From Octopus bimaculoides (taxonomy: Eukaryota), in the NCBI RefSeq assembly GCF_001194135.2, contig NC_068987.1:27108697-27148341 (forward strand): 39,645 nucleotides of DNA, given 5' to 3'. Below, piece by piece: positions 37,761 through 39,645 of the stretch. The notes under the pieces were generated by a model. That model was not told where the DNA came from, searched no databases, and saw only the letters and a list, made by a program, of their open reading frames with translations. The position numbers and the translations under genes were made by a program. How positions within the stretch are numbered: the stretch's first letter is position 1; each line of letters opens with the position of its first letter.

Positions 37761-37820
37761 GATGAACAACCTTAATCGATTTTCGAACCTTATTGGGTTC
37801 CCATCAGAGGCGTCCACATC
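37761..37820 (-). ncRNA. Minimal type I hammerhead ribozyme, A9>G variant
   Basis: Minus strand: GCCU-CUGAUGG-GAACC-caauaa-GGUUC-GAAA-AUCGAU-U-A-AGGU. Confidence 0.78.
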
Positions 37821-38050
37821 ATTCTGTCAGTCTCCAGGGAAACAAGCAGGCAAACTGTTTATATATATAGATATATATAGATAGTTAAATGTGTATATTC
37901 TTTTATTCTTTTATTTATTTATTCGTCTATTTGCTTCATTCATTTGAGTGCAGTCAGAAAGCAAAAAACAAATTAATAAAAATGGTAAGTTGCCGATAGG
38001 TGTAGTAACTGGAAGGTTTCAGCACACACACACACACACACACAAACAAA

Positions 38051-38085
<35 letters not shown>

Positions 38086-38145
38086 TCACATACCCCTCTT
38101 TTATATACACTTACATATATTCACACAGAGTTGAAACGCTGAAAA

Positions 38146-38544
38146 NNNNNNNNNNNNNNNNNNNNNNNNNNNNNNNNNNNNNNNNNNNNNNNNNNNNNNN
38201 NNNNNNNNNNNNNNNNNNNNNNNNNNNNNNNNNNNNNNNNNNNNNNNNNNNNNNNNNNNNNNNNNNNNNNNNNNNNNNNNNNNNNNNNNNNNNNNNNNNN
38301 NNNNNNNNNNNNNNNNNNNNNNNNNNNNNNNNNNNNNNNNNNNNNNNNNNNNNNNNNNNNNNNNNNNNNNNNNNNNNNNNNNNNNNNNNNNNNNNNNNNN
38401 NNNNNNNNNNNNNNNNNNNNNNNNNNNNNNNNNNNNNNNNNNNNNNNNNNNNNNNNNNNNNNNNNNNNNNNNNNNNNNNNNNNNNNNNNNNNNNNNNNNN
38501 NNNNNNNNNNNNNNNNNNNNNNNNNNNNNNNNNNNNNNNNNNNN
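38146..38544. other. Assembly gap
   Basis: N-run. Confidence 0.98.
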
Positions 38545-38589
<45 letters not shown>

Positions 38590-39309
38590 AATATTGTTCA
38601 GAAAATCCTTTAACTGGATGGAAGATCCATAAGACGTTGAGAAGGAGCTGGTAGTGCTAGCAATATTACCTAAACGCCTGAGCAGGACATACCATTCATT
38701 TGAAAATGTTAAAGCTCTACGGAAACAACAATATGTGTTTAGCACATCAATTTGGACAGAGTTATCATTTTTATGAGAATGGGATTGATCATATCTGAAA
38801 ACAGCTTCAGGAGTTGTGAAGAACGAATTTGTACGTAGTCTGTTTCTGAGAGCTATTCCATTGGACCTCTGTCTAATCATTAAAATATTGATTTAATGAT
38901 CCAGCATTAAGTGCTGCAACATGCATTTGCTGATCTTGAGAAAATCTCATCTCGCTTCTCTCTTCAGATTCTCGCCTTCGGTTTTCTACAATCATCTTTG
39001 CTTTATACTTGTTTCTTGAAAGATTACGTGGTATATTTTGTCAATATTGTAAACTAAAAATTATGAATATACAAAGAAATTATACATTAATCCCTATGTT
39101 TGTAAGCTGTTGTATGTATGTAGTAATTTTTTTTTTGTATGGAGTATAAATTAACCAAATAGAATGACACACCATTCCGCTGTGGTAGCTCATTTTGTGT
39201 TTCTCCCGCTCATTCTGTAAAACTATATTTGAAGAGAGCAGAAATTGAAAGAAGAGAAAGTAATGGACAGAGAAAGAAAGTGAAAGATTTATGTACGTCT
39301 ATATGGAAT

Positions 39310-39319
39310 GGGCGTGTGT

Positions 39320-39350
<31 letters not shown>

Positions 39351-39420
39351 CGTGCGTGCGCGCGTGTGTGTGTGAGAGAGAGGGAGAAAGAGAGATAGAG
39401 TGAGTGAGTGAAGGTGTGTG
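39310..39420. repeat. (TG)n/(GA)n microsatellite
   Basis: Directly visible. Confidence 0.9.
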
Positions 39421-39645
39421 CCGTGATGATTTATGACTTTTAATGTACACACATATATAGAAAATGTGACGTCATCGTATAAAATGTTTACGATAGTTGA
39501 TTTATGGAAAAGATTATAATGTTAAATTTTGTAAATGCAAATATGTGAATGGAATTTAAGCTTAATTTATAGCCGAAATAGTACTGAATCTTTTAATACT
39601 CCATACGTCAAAATCTGTAACTCAGTTTTGGAATGCATAAGGAAT

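Larger units (their letters stand above)
37372..37858 (-). repeat. Partial tandem repeat (304-bp period, ~1.6 units) carrying two HHRs
   Basis: ~37395-37555 aligns with ~37695-37858; homologous positions 37469 and 37773 are 304 bp apart. Confidence 0.88.

Noticed and set aside
38600-38900. Possible degenerate LINE RT fragment
   Set aside because: Motif similarity is too weak to assign by eye.

Overview
AT-rich eukaryotic draft-genome window with six N-gaps and many TA/CA/GA/AAT microsatellites. The tRNA-derived SINE families resemble those of octopus/cephalopod genomes (inference from recalled family sequences, not a database search). No intact protein-coding gene, rRNA, tRNA or CRISPR array is supportable, and nearly all ORFs in the track are gap or microsatellite artefacts. 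The window is mostly decayed mobile elements: mariner transposons and a mariner MITE, a hAT MITE, RTE- and CR1/L2-like LINE fragments, a Ty3/Gypsy integrase with a short 3' LTR, Penelope-like (PLE) remnants and many SINEs. Main observations: (1) several unrelated repeats carry minimal type I hammerhead ribozyme (HHR) motifs with an 8-nt palindromic stem III. These include a 304-bp tandem unit at 37.4-37.9 kb, whose first copy has an intact core, and a direct-plus-inverted triple-copy unit at 8.7-9.9 kb. (2) An apparent ~2.2-kb inversion splits one mariner transposase and leaves a perfect 38-bp inverted duplication at the breakpoints.
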